From: a bacterium
GTDB lineage: Bacteria > AUK180
Assembly: GCA_023144005.1 (NCBI GenBank)
Contig: JAGLGN010000006.1
Span: 80,799 to 144,798 of the forward strand
Direction: 5' to 3'
Length of the DNA stretch: 64,000 nt
Shown here: positions 52,615 to 62,327 of the stretch, in pieces
Position numbering within the stretch: the first letter of the stretch is position 1
Layout: every line of letters begins with the position of its first letter
The notes under the pieces: model-generated
Databases searched by the model: none
What the model was told of the DNA's origin: nothing
The model's input: the letters and a program-made list of their open reading frames with translations, nothing else
Translations under genes and position numbers: made by a program

Positions 52615-53599
52615 CGGTAAATTTTCTGATGAGGCGGTTTTGAGTATAATTCAATGACAGAAGCACTGCCAATTTTATTCTCGCCTTCTGCCCGGACAGA
52701 GCGCCAGCAAATATACATCCCATCTTGCTGAGCTCTTTACCGCCGCCCTTATATCCATAAACACCCAGAACGCGGCCCTGAGATGTGCGGGAAACGATAA
52801 CTACGGGTATCTTGGCCTTTAGGGCGGCCTTTATCCCGGGAACAACAGCCGGCGGAACATTGCCGCGGCCCAATGCCTCTATCACAATACCGACACAGCC
52901 GCTTTTGACGGCGCATTCTATGAGAGATGAATCGGAGCCGGCATAGGTCTTTATTATCGGGATATTTTCATTGATTTTCTTCACATCGTAGAATTCATGG
53001 ATATGACGCCTTCTGAAGAATATAACGCGATCCGTGTCAACCAGCCCGAGAATACCCAGATACATACTCGAAAATGATGATATATTCGATGTATCTATCT
53101 TGGTCACTGTATGCGCGTCGTAGATATCATCGTTCATCACGACCATCACCTTCTGCTGTCCGGCATCCTTCGACGCGATCGTTCTGATGGCGCTGTAGAT
53201 ATTCCGCGGACCGTCCAAACCAAGCTCTTGCGGCGAACGCATGGCAGCGGTCAGTACCACCGCCTTGCCCTTGGGAAGTGTGATATCCAGAAAATACGCG
53301 GTCTCTTCCAGTGTATCTGTACCATGAGTGATGACAAATCCGCAGTACTTATCATAATTGCGGAGGATCACATCACGGATCTCCAGCATATTATTGATCG
53401 TTATATACGGGGATGGGTACTCCCCGTATTCGTGGATAACCACCGAAATATTTTCATCGAACGGAGGAAGCATTTTCATCAGGTCTGCGCCCTTGAAAAC
53501 TGGAATTACCCCTTCCGCGCGGGGGTCGCCGCCCATTGCGATCGTTCCGCCGGTCGAGATCAGCAGTATTTTCTTTTTCTTGGAGCTGTCTTTTTTCAT
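52607..53599 (-). CDS. L-asparaginase
   Basis: TGGTIAM, ITHGTDTLEETAY, AMR......DGPRN, G.GNVP, KARI.L. Confidence 0.93.
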   Translation of the reverse strand: MKKDSSKKKKILLISTGGTIAMGGDPRAEGVIPVFKGADLMKMLPPFDENISVVIHEYGEYPSPYITINNMLEIRDVILRNYDKYCGFVITHGTDTLEETAYFLDITLPKGKAVVLTAAMRSPQELGLDGPRNIYSAIRTIASKDAGQQKVMVVMNDDIYDAHTVTKIDTSNISSFSSMYLGILGLVDTDRVIFFRRRHIHEFYDVKKINENIPIIKTYAGSDSSLIECAVKSGCVGIVIEALGRGNVPPAVVPGIKAALKAKIPVVIVSRTSQGRVLGVYGYKGGGKELSKMGCIFAGALSGQKARIKLAVLLSLNYTQNRLIRKFTDD

Positions 53600-54081
53600 T
53601 TGGTCTTATACCCGATCATTCTCAAAAAGTCCTTTCTCTTTTGTATGTCTTCATCTCCCTCAACACCCAAAGGCGTGAAGCCGTCAAATACTCCCAGAAC
53701 CGCCCTTTGCTCTCCTTCTTCGGCGATGATAACTTTTGTAGGGTTCGCCGTTGCCGCCCAGATCGCCACGATCTCTTCCACGGACTGCAATTTTTTTAAT
53801 ACATTGATCGGAAAGGCATCTTTTAGAAAAAGAATGAAGAAATGTCCGGCGGCAATGTTCTGAGCATTCTCAACAGCAAGTTGTATCAAATTTTCATCTG
53901 TGCCAGTCTTTCTGATAAGCCGGGGACCGGAGGCCTCACAGAACGCCAGGCCGAATTTGATGCCGGGGACAGCGGTTATCAAGGCTTCGTGAACATCTTC
54001 AACCGTTTTAATGAAGTGGCTTTGGCCGATTATCACATTATGGTCTTCGTCTTTTTTGATCGCGAGCGCGGTTAATTCCAT
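53596..54081 (-). CDS. Adenosine-specific kinase family protein (DUF355)
   Basis: NVIIGQSHFIKTVED, KFGLAFCEASG, AGH.F, FPINVL, ATANP, GV.DG..P.GVE. Confidence 0.9.
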   Translation of the reverse strand: MELTALAIKKDEDHNVIIGQSHFIKTVEDVHEALITAVPGIKFGLAFCEASGPRLIRKTGTDENLIQLAVENAQNIAAGHFFILFLKDAFPINVLKKLQSVEEIVAIWAATANPTKVIIAEEGEQRAVLGVFDGFTPLGVEGDEDIQKRKDFLRMIGYKTK

Positions 54082-54152
54082 ATCTCCTCCGTTAATGGGA
54101 AATTATACACCTTCCTGAAGAATATTCAAGTTGGTGAGCTGATTTATAAATT

Positions 54153-55544
54153 CTAAAGCAGCTTCTCCAATATCATTAAAAATGGGAACAACAATATCAA
54201 AAGAGGGCGCATGTCCCGGGTCTCTGTTCTTTTTGGCGGAAGCGGCAGATCATTGTCAATATGACACACGGATGCGATGTTCTCTATTCCATATCCGTCC
54301 GAAACCAATTTCTTCTTAATAAAGCCGTCCAGGGACGAGATCCCCAGAAATGCGATATCTTCATTGTTCAAGCCGGATATGGAACCGGCGCGGAGGGGAA
54401 AACCCCATGACATCTTATCACCTGAAATGCAAAGAAATGCGCGGCCCGAAGAGCCGAGGATAAGGCTTTCACCATCTATTTGCTCTTCAATGGGCGATGC
54501 CTTGACCTTAAATGCCGGCAGATCGCTTTCCCAAGTGAATACCACCGTGTCCTCAATGGTTTTAGCTCCTATATAAAAAGATATGTCGGCAGCCGGCGTG
54601 AGATGGCTGCCGATCGCGAGATAGGCATTGTCGGGGTTGTCAACTCTCTTAAAATCAGTTTTAAATGAAGAGATAACTCTTTCCACAAAGGGGAATTCTC
54701 TATCAATATTATAAGTCCACTTCTCTGGAAATCTAAGTTTAACTTCGTTATCATAGGGATAATCATCGCTTCTACCAATGGATTCGACACGGATGAGCAG
54801 ATCTCCGTCAAGCTCCGCTCTGAATTTTGCTTTATTTGATTTTCCGCGTTTGATGACGCCCTCCCGAAGGGTACGGCTCTGGCCGTTCTTCTCCAGAACA
54901 ATTCGATATTCTCCATCAAATCCGAAGGAATTCACATCCAGAAATACCGAGCCGTTAGCGATGGAGAGGTCATATGCGGATATACTGAGGGAAGAAAAAT
55001 CCTTCGGGAAGAGGTCATAACCATATCCGGGGATCTTAAATTCTTTTGTCATGGGAGATATTAGTATATATACAAAATCATCATCGTGAGACCAGGGCAA
55101 TGTAATATCCCACTCTCTATTTATTGGTTTTATCTTGCTTATCTTTCTGCTGATGTCGTATCCTTCGGGAGTCAGATATATCACCCGTTCATTTGTTTGC
55201 TTCTGATCCTTCAGGATCTCCATGGATCGCTCAAAGAGCGCAACTCCGCCTTTGCCTACGATAAGGGAATGCCGGGAATTATCCAGCACAAATACTCTCT
55301 TTTTCCCCATATCCCCGGAGATAGGGTGAGCAAAGATCATTACTAAATTGGCTATTATCAGCATTCTCAATAACAATTTCAATATATCCCGGATGCTTAG
55401 GCCACGGCTCTCCTGCTTCGAGCGAAGAAGAAAGAGCAATGGAAAAGGACGGCCTTTTTTGGAAAAACGCTCAAGGATATTCAAGATGACCGGGATCAAT
55501 ACCGCTGGCAAAGCCCAGAGAAAGAACGGATTAAGAAACCCCAT
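54153..55544 (-). CDS. BatA-domain (aerotolerance N-terminal) membrane protein
   Basis: M.FLNP.FLW.L....IP.I...., F....L, LL.LR.L......FA.P; degenerate vWA start (VLDNSRHS); C-terminal TM ending in L.ILE. Follows DUF58. Confidence 0.75.
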   Translation of the reverse strand: MGFLNPFFLWALPAVLIPVILNILERFSKKGRPFPLLFLLRSKQESRGLSIRDILKLLLRMLIIANLVMIFAHPISGDMGKKRVFVLDNSRHSLIVGKGGVALFERSMEILKDQKQTNERVIYLTPEGYDISRKISKIKPINREWDITLPWSHDDDFVYILISPMTKEFKIPGYGYDLFPKDFSSLSISAYDLSIANGSVFLDVNSFGFDGEYRIVLEKNGQSRTLREGVIKRGKSNKAKFRAELDGDLLIRVESIGRSDDYPYDNEVKLRFPEKWTYNIDREFPFVERVISSFKTDFKRVDNPDNAYLAIGSHLTPAADISFYIGAKTIEDTVVFTWESDLPAFKVKASPIEEQIDGESLILGSSGRAFLCISGDKMSWGFPLRAGSISGLNNEDIAFLGISSLDGFIKKKLVSDGYGIENIASVCHIDNDLPLPPKRTETRDMRPLLILLFPFLMILEKLL

Positions 55545-56412
55545 TCACGGCCCCCGCGGAAAGCTTCAACAATACCTCCAGAGGATCGCTGGCGGTAGAG
55601 ATCATAATGCGCTTAACCATCATATCGATACATGACTTCTCAACCGTCTGCTGCCACTCAAGTGAACGCTTTTGTAGGTCCTCACCTTTTGAAAATGACT
55701 TTTTCGTCCGATGTTCCGGATCAAAGTAAAAACCGGGCGCAAGCGGCGTAACTCCTAATTCTTTGGCGGTAAGCAGCTGCAGCGCGATTATATCGTGGCC
55801 CGAATGCGTCAAGATCCCAAGGCCCTTCTTCAGATCGTCCGGGGAAAAGATCAGATCACTTATCAGGATCACAATGGATCGCCTTTTTACCTTTTTTTGA
55901 AATTCCTCCATACAGGAATAAAATGTCGAGGTTCCCCTCGGGTTTAAACCCGAAACCGTGTCGATAAAAAAGTTATGCTCCTTCCTTCCAGAGGCGGAAA
56001 AGACAAAATCGAAGTTGTCCGAGAACGAAGAAAGCACAACACGGTCATTTTGCCTTGTAAAAAGAAGATAGAGCAATACCGCGAGCTCTTTCGCCATTTG
56101 ATGTTTATTGTTCATCTCTTTGCCATAATCCATGGATAATGTCGAATCCACCATTATATGTACTGTGGCATTGGTATCTTCTTTAAATCTTTTTATAAAT
56201 AGTTTTTCTGTGCGGCCCCAAAGAGGCCAATTGATCAATTTGATATTATCTCCGGGATTATATTGACGATGATCCTCAAAATCCGCGCTGAAACCCAGAT
56301 ATGGGCTCCTGTGAAGTCCGGCGAATAATCCCTGCAGAACTTTCGAACTGCGGATATTCATATTCTCCACAATATGTATGTATTTAAGGATCCGTTGTGT
56401 GAAGTCCTTCAT
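55531..56412 (-). CDS. DUF58 (vWA-like, MoxR-associated) protein
   Basis: G.HRS...G.SADF..HRQY.PGD.I..I.W....RT.K..IK.F.EDTN, VDST.SM.YG, ISD. Confidence 0.92.
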   Translation of the reverse strand: MKDFTQRILKYIHIVENMNIRSSKVLQGLFAGLHRSPYLGFSADFEDHRQYNPGDNIKLINWPLWGRTEKLFIKRFKEDTNATVHIMVDSTLSMDYGKEMNNKHQMAKELAVLLYLLFTRQNDRVVLSSFSDNFDFVFSASGRKEHNFFIDTVSGLNPRGTSTFYSCMEEFQKKVKRRSIVILISDLIFSPDDLKKGLGILTHSGHDIIALQLLTAKELGVTPLAPGFYFDPEHRTKKSFSKGEDLQKRSLEWQQTVEKSCIDMMVKRIMISTASDPLEVLLKLSAGAVNGVS

Positions 56413-56490
56413 CTTGCGAATATTCTATCACAAAAGAATATAAGATGCAAAGGCGGGAGTGCCGCGTCATTTATTGTCTGGAAATTGGGC

Positions 56491-57132
56491 TCACTTTTTA
56501 AATTTCTGAAATATTCTATTTAACGCTTGCACTTTTTGTACGATATCTTCTGCTCCTACGATCTCGGTGACACAACACACGGTCTTTGCTCCTCTTTCAA
56601 GGACACTCTCAATATTGTGTTCCTTTATCCCGCCAATAGTCACATAATCGATATCGATGTTACTTTCAATATATTCCAGGTACCCCACCCCCACGGCTTT
56701 TACTTTCTTTACTCCGGCTCCGAACAACGCTCCAACACCGATATAATCGATATCTTCTCCAAGTGCCTTTCGGGCTTCTTCGGGTGAATGTGTCGATATA
56801 CCGATCATTACTTCCGGCCCAACTATCTCCCTGACAATATCTACCGGCAGGTCATCCTGGCCGAGATGTATGCCGTCCGCTTCACAGGCAAGGGCCAAAG
56901 AAGGATAATCATTTACAATAAATTGAACATTGTGGTCTTTTGTGATTTTCCTGATCTCCCTGCATTCTTCAAGCATAAAGGAAAATGAAAGGTCGCTATG
57001 TTTCTCCCTATATTGAATTATCGAAATCCCGCCTTCAACCATCTTATGAGATACTTCAACATTTGATCTGCCTTTGGAAAACCGCATTGCAGTTATCCCG
57101 TAGAGCCCTTCCTTTAGAAGCCCTTTCTTCAC
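56491..57132 (-). CDS. thiE: Thiamine-phosphate synthase
   Basis: IQYREK, FIVND, ADGIHLGQDD, IGISTH, DYIGVG, IGGI. Confidence 0.95.
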   Translation of the reverse strand: MKKGLLKEGLYGITAMRFSKGRSNVEVSHKMVEGGISIIQYREKHSDLSFSFMLEECREIRKITKDHNVQFIVNDYPSLALACEADGIHLGQDDLPVDIVREIVGPEVMIGISTHSPEEARKALGEDIDYIGVGALFGAGVKKVKAVGVGYLEYIESNIDIDYVTIGGIKEHNIESVLERGAKTVCCVTEIVGAEDIVQKVQALNRIFQKFKK

Positions 57133-58238
57133 TGTGAAATATCCTCCCAGTCCTTAAAGATCGGCTGCAGTCCCTTTTCTCTAATAACCCTGACAATCTC
57201 TTCAACACTTCTGGAATCCGATATCTCGAACTGGGGAACGGACTGTTCATCTTCAGTATATCCACCCACTTCCGTATGCGACCCTGCTGAAAATCTCGTG
57301 ACACCGAGATTCAGAAGATTATCCCTGAAATCAGAGGTTTCCCGTGTGGAAACTGTAATGCCGCTCCGGGGAAGGAATAGGCGATATGCAAGAAGAATCT
57401 GCACAAATAATCTATCGCTGAGCAAATAATCCGGACTGTACCCTCCCGGGATATTCCGAATTCTTGGGATTGAAAGGCTTATTTCGGTGTCCAAGTATCT
57501 GTTTTCAAGGTATTTCGCATGCAGGGCACATAGAAAAGCCTCACTCCTCACCGGAGCGAGTCCGAAAAGAGTACCGATATTTATATAGCGCAATCCCGCT
57601 TTCGCTGCCCTTTCCGGTGTTTCCAATCTGTATTTGTAGTTCTTTTTTCTTCCCGCAGGGTGCACCTTGTCATAGATCTTGGTGTCATACACTTCCTGAT
57701 AAACTGTTATTCCGTCAACTCCGGCTTTTTTCAAGATCCTGTAATCCTCGGTATCCATCGGGTATACTTCTATCGAAACGGAAGGAAAGTATTTTCTCAG
57801 AAGTTTTATCACATCTGAAAGCATTTCAAGGGGAGTGATCTTGTGCGCTTCGCCGGTAAGTAGCAGGATATGCCTGATGCCTTGTGCATTTAGAAAACGG
57901 GCTTCCCTTTCTATTTCGTCATGCGTAAGAAGTTTTCTTGCGATCTTATGGGAACGGTTGAATCCGCAATATATACATTCATTGATACAATGATTGGAAA
58001 TATACAATGGAGCGTACAAGGATACTGTTCTCCCGAAATACTGAACGGTTAGAGAACGGACTTTTTGAGCCATCTCTTCCAGATGATCCTGTGCAGCGGG
58101 AGAGAGAAGGGCCATAAGATCCAGTTCATTGAGTTTGTTCTTTGCAAGAGCTCTTTTTACTTCAACGGATGACATCTTCCCAATGCTTTTTTCAATATCC
58201 TTCGGATCAAACTTTTTTATGGTCTCGAAAAAGCTCAT
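57129..58238 (-). CDS. thiH: 2-iminoacetate synthase (radical SAM tyrosine lyase)
   Basis: YAPLYISN.CINECIYCGF, LLLTGE, YQE.Y, STRE, SAGS.TEVGGY, QFEISD.R, P.FKDW; thi operon context. Confidence 0.94.
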   Translation of the reverse strand: MSFFETIKKFDPKDIEKSIGKMSSVEVKRALAKNKLNELDLMALLSPAAQDHLEEMAQKVRSLTVQYFGRTVSLYAPLYISNHCINECIYCGFNRSHKIARKLLTHDEIEREARFLNAQGIRHILLLTGEAHKITPLEMLSDVIKLLRKYFPSVSIEVYPMDTEDYRILKKAGVDGITVYQEVYDTKIYDKVHPAGRKKNYKYRLETPERAAKAGLRYINIGTLFGLAPVRSEAFLCALHAKYLENRYLDTEISLSIPRIRNIPGGYSPDYLLSDRLFVQILLAYRLFLPRSGITVSTRETSDFRDNLLNLGVTRFSAGSHTEVGGYTEDEQSVPQFEISDSRSVEEIVRVIREKGLQPIFKDWEDISQ

Positions 58239-58250
58239 GACCGGTCTCGG

Positions 58251-59018
58251 TTACCTTAAAAAACCGGTAAGCGGTGATGATGGGTTGGCTTCTTTTGATT
58301 CCTCTGTAAGTTTTGCCAGAAATGCCATCCTTCCGGCTTTCACCGCATATGAAAAAGCCTCTCCCATTCTAACGGGATCACGGGCGGCGGAAATCGCTGT
58401 ATTTACAAGAACGGCGTCAGCGCCCATCTCCATAGCTGCCGCAGCATGAGAGGGCTTTCCTATCCCTGCGTCAACAATTATCGGAACGCTACAACAGTCA
58501 ATAAGAATCTCGATGAGTTCCCTTGTCCTGATCCCGCGATTTGAGCCGATCGCCGATCCTAAGGGCATTATTGCCGCCGCGCCGGCTTCTTCCAATTTCT
58601 TCGCAAGGGGAAGATCGGGATTAATATAAGGAAGAACTATAAATCCGTCTTCGGCCAAGAGCCGAGTCGCACTCAGGGTCTCTTCATTATCGGGCATAAG
58701 GTATTTCATATCAGTGATGATCTCTATTTTGATGAAATTTCCGCATCCGGCTTCCCGTGCAATATTCGCTATCCTTACGGCCTCGCCGGCATTTCGCGCG
58801 CCCGAAGTGTTTGGAAGGAGCGTCACATTATCCGGGATATGTTCAAGTATATTCTCTTCCTTTGAAGTTAAGTCAACCCTTCTAAGAGCTATGGTTATCA
58901 TCTCTGAGCCGCTCGCTTCCAGCATTTTGCTTATAAGTTTTTTAGATCTGAATTTTCCTGTTCCGGTAAAAAGCCTGTTGGTAAAGGATTTTCCACCGAG
59001 AATTAAGCCTGATTCCAT
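58251..59018 (-). CDS. thiG: Thiazole synthase
   Basis: [68 protein letters not shown]. Confidence 0.96.
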   Translation of the reverse strand: MESGLILGGKSFTNRLFTGTGKFRSKKLISKMLEASGSEMITIALRRVDLTSKEENILEHIPDNVTLLPNTSGARNAGEAVRIANIAREAGCGNFIKIEIITDMKYLMPDNEETLSATRLLAEDGFIVLPYINPDLPLAKKLEEAGAAAIMPLGSAIGSNRGIRTRELIEILIDCCSVPIIVDAGIGKPSHAAAAMEMGADAVLVNTAISAARDPVRMGEAFSYAVKAGRMAFLAKLTEESKEANPSSPLTGFLR

Positions 59019-59019
59019 A

Positions 59020-59217
59020 TCATCCCCCTCCCACGAATCTCAAGATTTCAATTGTATCGTTTTCCATTATCTTTTCCGTTGGCCATGAATCCCGTCTTTT
59101 TATCTTCAAGTTGTGCTCGATTATCACAGAATCCGGCGGAAGCTCTTTTTCCAATACCAGATCATAGAGATTGGAGGCCTTCACATTCTCTACATGGCCA
59201 TTGATATTAATTTTCAT
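59020..59217 (-). CDS. thiS: Sulfur carrier protein ThiS
   Basis: MKININGH...[11 protein letters not shown], 65 aa. ATG 59217 has a GGAG SD; the ORF track's 59283 start lies in the leader. Confidence 0.93.
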   Translation of the reverse strand: MKININGHVENVKASNLYDLVLEKELPPDSVIIEHNLKIKRRDSWPTEKIMENDTIEILRFVGGG

Positions 59218-59370
59218 TATCTCTCCATTAAATACCGAGGGACGCTCAAGGTACCACATTATCCGCCCATAGTAATCAGCCAAGGTTCATGAAATTGAAA
59301 GCACCCATTGCCGCTTCACTGCTCCCGTAGCGATACCGGAAATTATAACAAAAAGATATGTTAAATTCAA
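59218..59370 (-). promoter_or_regulatory. thiSGHE promoter and ~120-nt 5' leader with partial TPP-riboswitch-like motifs
   Basis: TTGAAT(59370-59365)-17 nt-TATAAT(59347-59342) with a TG extension. The leader has GGGUGC, GGCUGA, GGAUAAUG and AGCGU in TPP order but lacks other invariant elements. The promoter is well supported; the riboswitch is not. Confidence 0.55.
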
Positions 59371-59504
59371 TAGCTATATACAGGCCGGGAGTACGCAAAG
59401 CCATTTTCCGAAGGCACAAATCCGGTCTACCGGAAAATCACTGTAATATTATTTTCTCGATCTGGAAGGGTAATTGTGAGTAAACCGTGGAGTCGTAAGG
59501 TACC

Positions 59505-60308
59505 TTAGAATTCTACCGCCGCCACACCAAGCGGGGTTTTAAGCGTACCCTTGAATTGCGGCGTAAAATTACCCGACTTCAATGTACTTACAAGGGATGA
59601 TCCCAAGGATAGAAGACCAACATCCACCGCCACCGCGGAAGACGAAGTACTCAAGGCGGCAATATTCATCATTGAGGTCAATTCGCTGAGCTGCTCGCCG
59701 TTCACAAAGAACGCCCCATTTATCTCTATGCCCTTATAGGGGATCTTGCCGAGATTCTTTGCGTTTATATCAAAACTTATCCGCAATGTAGTAAGGTTCT
59801 TGAAAGATACGCTCGGCGCGGATATGCTGAATTGCGGCAATTTAGGAAGCGGAATGCTCTTATTGAGCGTGAAGGTAGCGCTCAAAGGTAATGTCGAAGA
59901 AAATACCAGCGTATTATTCAATGTCAACTGCACCTCTTCTTTTGACGAGGTCAAGATCTCCGCAAGATCACCAAGGACCGAAACGGGTATCTCTATATTA
60001 ACAGCAATCATATTTCCCATTCCCGGGTGAAGTACCTTTCCTGCAAGCGGCGTATCTACCGTAAGCATATCCTTGCCTTCGATCTGAACTCCTGTCTTCA
60101 AAGAAGCCAGCATCAGATCTGCGGGGGTGGGATTCTCCACATCCAGGGTCAGTATAATGGTAATGCTTTGCGAGGTGATCTCGCCGATCTTAGTGGAATC
60201 TACAATGACCTTCGGCTCTCTTATCCCCATCACGCCCTCCAGCAAAGAACAGCCGGAAAAGAGTACCGTCAGGATCAACAGAAACAATAATGCGATATTT
60301 TTTCTCAT
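59505..60308 (-). CDS. LEA type-2 (WHy) tandem-domain lipoprotein
   Basis: Lipobox FSGC; P.V.V....I..I......I...L.VENP; second domain after PLPKLP. Confidence 0.8.
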   Translation of the reverse strand: MRKNIALLFLLILTVLFSGCSLLEGVMGIREPKVIVDSTKIGEITSQSITIILTLDVENPTPADLMLASLKTGVQIEGKDMLTVDTPLAGKVLHPGMGNMIAVNIEIPVSVLGDLAEILTSSKEEVQLTLNNTLVFSSTLPLSATFTLNKSIPLPKLPQFSISAPSVSFKNLTTLRISFDINAKNLGKIPYKGIEINGAFFVNGEQLSELTSMMNIAALSTSSSAVAVDVGLLSLGSSLVSTLKSGNFTPQFKGTLKTPLGVAAVEF

Positions 60309-60339
60309 AATAGCTCCTCGGATGAATTATACCATAAGA

Positions 60340-60554
60340 ATAGTGAAAAGTGAAAAGCGAGAGATAGAGGTTGGAGGCTAGAGGATAGAGGTTAGTTCGA
60401 AAGGGAAATTCCCCTTATTCAATTCTCCAATTATTCATTGTTCATTATCTTTAAGAGTACGGCGTAGAATAATTGTAAGAGGCAAATCAATAGAGTAAGC
60501 GAAATATTGATTTCTTGATTACGCGTGGGTGCGTTACGCATCAATGTGTAATCA
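60340..60554. repeat. Heptamer tandem repeats plus twin hairpins in the intergenic gap
   Basis: AAAGTGA-type and TAGAGGT-type 7-mers (60340-60397; the inverse occurs at 15655-15680). Stems AAATCAATA/TATTGATTT (60484-60513) and TGATTACGCGT/ATGTGTAATCA (60516-60554). Confidence 0.6.
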
Positions 60555-60599
60555 CGTGATATTCTTTTCAACCGCTCCATGTGGAAAGGGCGCGTAATT

Positions 60600-62270
60600 T
60601 CATTCCGACTTCGTCTTATTCAATCCCTTTATTACATGTACGCATTCGTTGAAGTAATTGCTTAGGGATTCAGGGAAATTACTGTCATATTGAAATCCTT
60701 TCAAAGTATTTCCTTTACTATCAAGCATAACAATGGTCGCCCATGGATATTTAGGGTATTCATCCGTATAATAATATCCGAATGTCCGCTCCGGCTCTAT
60801 ATTGAAAAATACGTTGGCATCAGAAAGTTCGTAAAACAGTGCCGAATTCCCAATCTCTTCAACATTGGGATTTGTGACAATTATATTTACATCAAAATCT
60901 CGGTTTAATACGCAAAATTCAATTGCTTGTTTCATAATCGTCAGAAATTGGCATTTCCCGTCATTCGGATTTCTTGTCAAAATCAGAAAATGATAATTCT
61001 TCTCTTTATTTAATTTATCCGTTATTCTATATTCTTCATTATTGAAATCTTTAAAAATATGTTTAGAAGTGATCGTTTCATCTTTCCTGTTATATTCCTT
61101 TTCCCTAATATAGTTCATATTGTCGAATTGATCAGGGTACAGTTCTTTCACTTCTTCTGCTATTACAAATTTGCTCCTCTTTATTTTTTTCGCTTCTCTT
61201 ACTTTTCCGTCAAATGATACGGAATATTTTTCAATCGTTATTTTGCCAAGGTCCTCCCACTTTCCGAGATAAACATCCTTCCCCGAAGTCCCTACCATGA
61301 ACTTGTCTTCAATGCTCGTATGACCTAAATATTTCCTTTCTTTCAATGAATAAAAATCCAGATACAAAGTATTCTCTCTGCGCCGCGAGACTATAAAGTG
61401 GTTTTCACCGAACATCACTGGAAAATGCGTGAAGGTCCACGAGTCAAGCCATGTAAAGTGTTCTTTTCTGTTGGTTTTCAGATCTTTGTGGGAATAATCC
61501 GGAGGGGCTGAATATCCGACCGCGTCGCGAAATGGAACATAATGGTTGGGTACTTCGGTATACTCATGTAATAGTTGTCCGTCAAGCGAATACTCTTGAA
61601 CATTACTTGAGTTCGTTTGCGTAATAATGATTGATTCTCGGCCTGAGTAGACAAGAAACAAATTGCGCAGATATAACCAGAAATCGTATTTTTCAAGAAA
61701 ATCCTTCTGACTTTGATCGATTTTGAATATTTCCCTCTCTTCTCCCGTCACACTATCCATGACTCCGATTCCATCAACCCAATTATATTTCAGCAACTTA
61801 TTGTTTATGAGCATTCGAAAGCCCGCACTCTGATAATTCGGCAAATTCATGCTTTTGGTCAGTTTTCCCATAGAATCATATATATTTAATTTTGAATGAA
61901 TCCCGGATATATTAATTTCTTCATTATCATTTAGAAATATCAACGGCTCAAAATCCAATAATTCCCCCGGAGCCATCCCATATCTACATATCTTTTCGGA
62001 CTCGCCGGTTTTCAAATCGACGCGGAAGATATCATGTGTGCCGATTTTCATGAATAGGTAATGGTTTCGTAGAATAAGGAATTGGGGAGGACTGTAAAAG
62101 AAGTATTCCGGATATTCATTGATTGTCTTCCTGGGATCTATTGATATTTTTTCTATGGAAATATCAATATTTTCTGTTTTATTCATTCTAATCAATAGAT
62201 TTCTGCGCGTGCATCCGTAAAATAGTAAAACACTTATCCCGATAATAATCAGTACTATTATAGTTCTCAT
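60600..62270 (-). CDS. Lipoprotein, predicted beta-propeller plus C-terminal thioredoxin-like domain
   Basis: Lipobox FYGC; G.APGE(L) motif and repeated xYDxxG blade ends; C-terminal FKDFNN.E......DGKC...P...V.LDS.G pattern of the redoxin fold; GGAGG SD; AT-rich. Confidence 0.65.
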   Translation of the reverse strand: MRTIIVLIIIGISVLLFYGCTRRNLLIRMNKTENIDISIEKISIDPRKTINEYPEYFFYSPPQFLILRNHYLFMKIGTHDIFRVDLKTGESEKICRYGMAPGELLDFEPLIFLNDNEEINISGIHSKLNIYDSMGKLTKSMNLPNYQSAGFRMLINNKLLKYNWVDGIGVMDSVTGEEREIFKIDQSQKDFLEKYDFWLYLRNLFLVYSGRESIIITQTNSSNVQEYSLDGQLLHEYTEVPNHYVPFRDAVGYSAPPDYSHKDLKTNRKEHFTWLDSWTFTHFPVMFGENHFIVSRRRENTLYLDFYSLKERKYLGHTSIEDKFMVGTSGKDVYLGKWEDLGKITIEKYSVSFDGKVREAKKIKRSKFVIAEEVKELYPDQFDNMNYIREKEYNRKDETITSKHIFKDFNNEEYRITDKLNKEKNYHFLILTRNPNDGKCQFLTIMKQAIEFCVLNRDFDVNIIVTNPNVEEIGNSALFYELSDANVFFNIEPERTFGYYYTDEYPKYPWATIVMLDSKGNTLKGFQYDSNFPESLSNYFNECVHVIKGLNKTKSE

Positions 62271-62327
62271 CGAATCCTCCCCGTTAATTTGACAACTTGT
62301 GTGCTGTTAGTACATACCAATTCATCC

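Noticed and set aside
53111-53863. Long antisense ORFs (250 aa here; also 17649-18269, 38669-39268, 7262-7834 and others)
   Set aside because: They are shadows of well-supported genes on the opposite strand, with no recognisable motifs.
59295-59337. SAM-I or glycine riboswitch reading of the thi leader (GGGAG..UGAAG..GGCAA..GGUGC)
   Set aside because: The P3 GCAACC/GGUGC stem and the CUCAGG core cannot be formed; only short scattered matches.
59385-59440. GTACGCAAAGCC resembling a c-di-GMP-I riboswitch
   Set aside because: Lacks the upstream GGCAAA/GNRA P2 arm and faces no downstream + strand gene.
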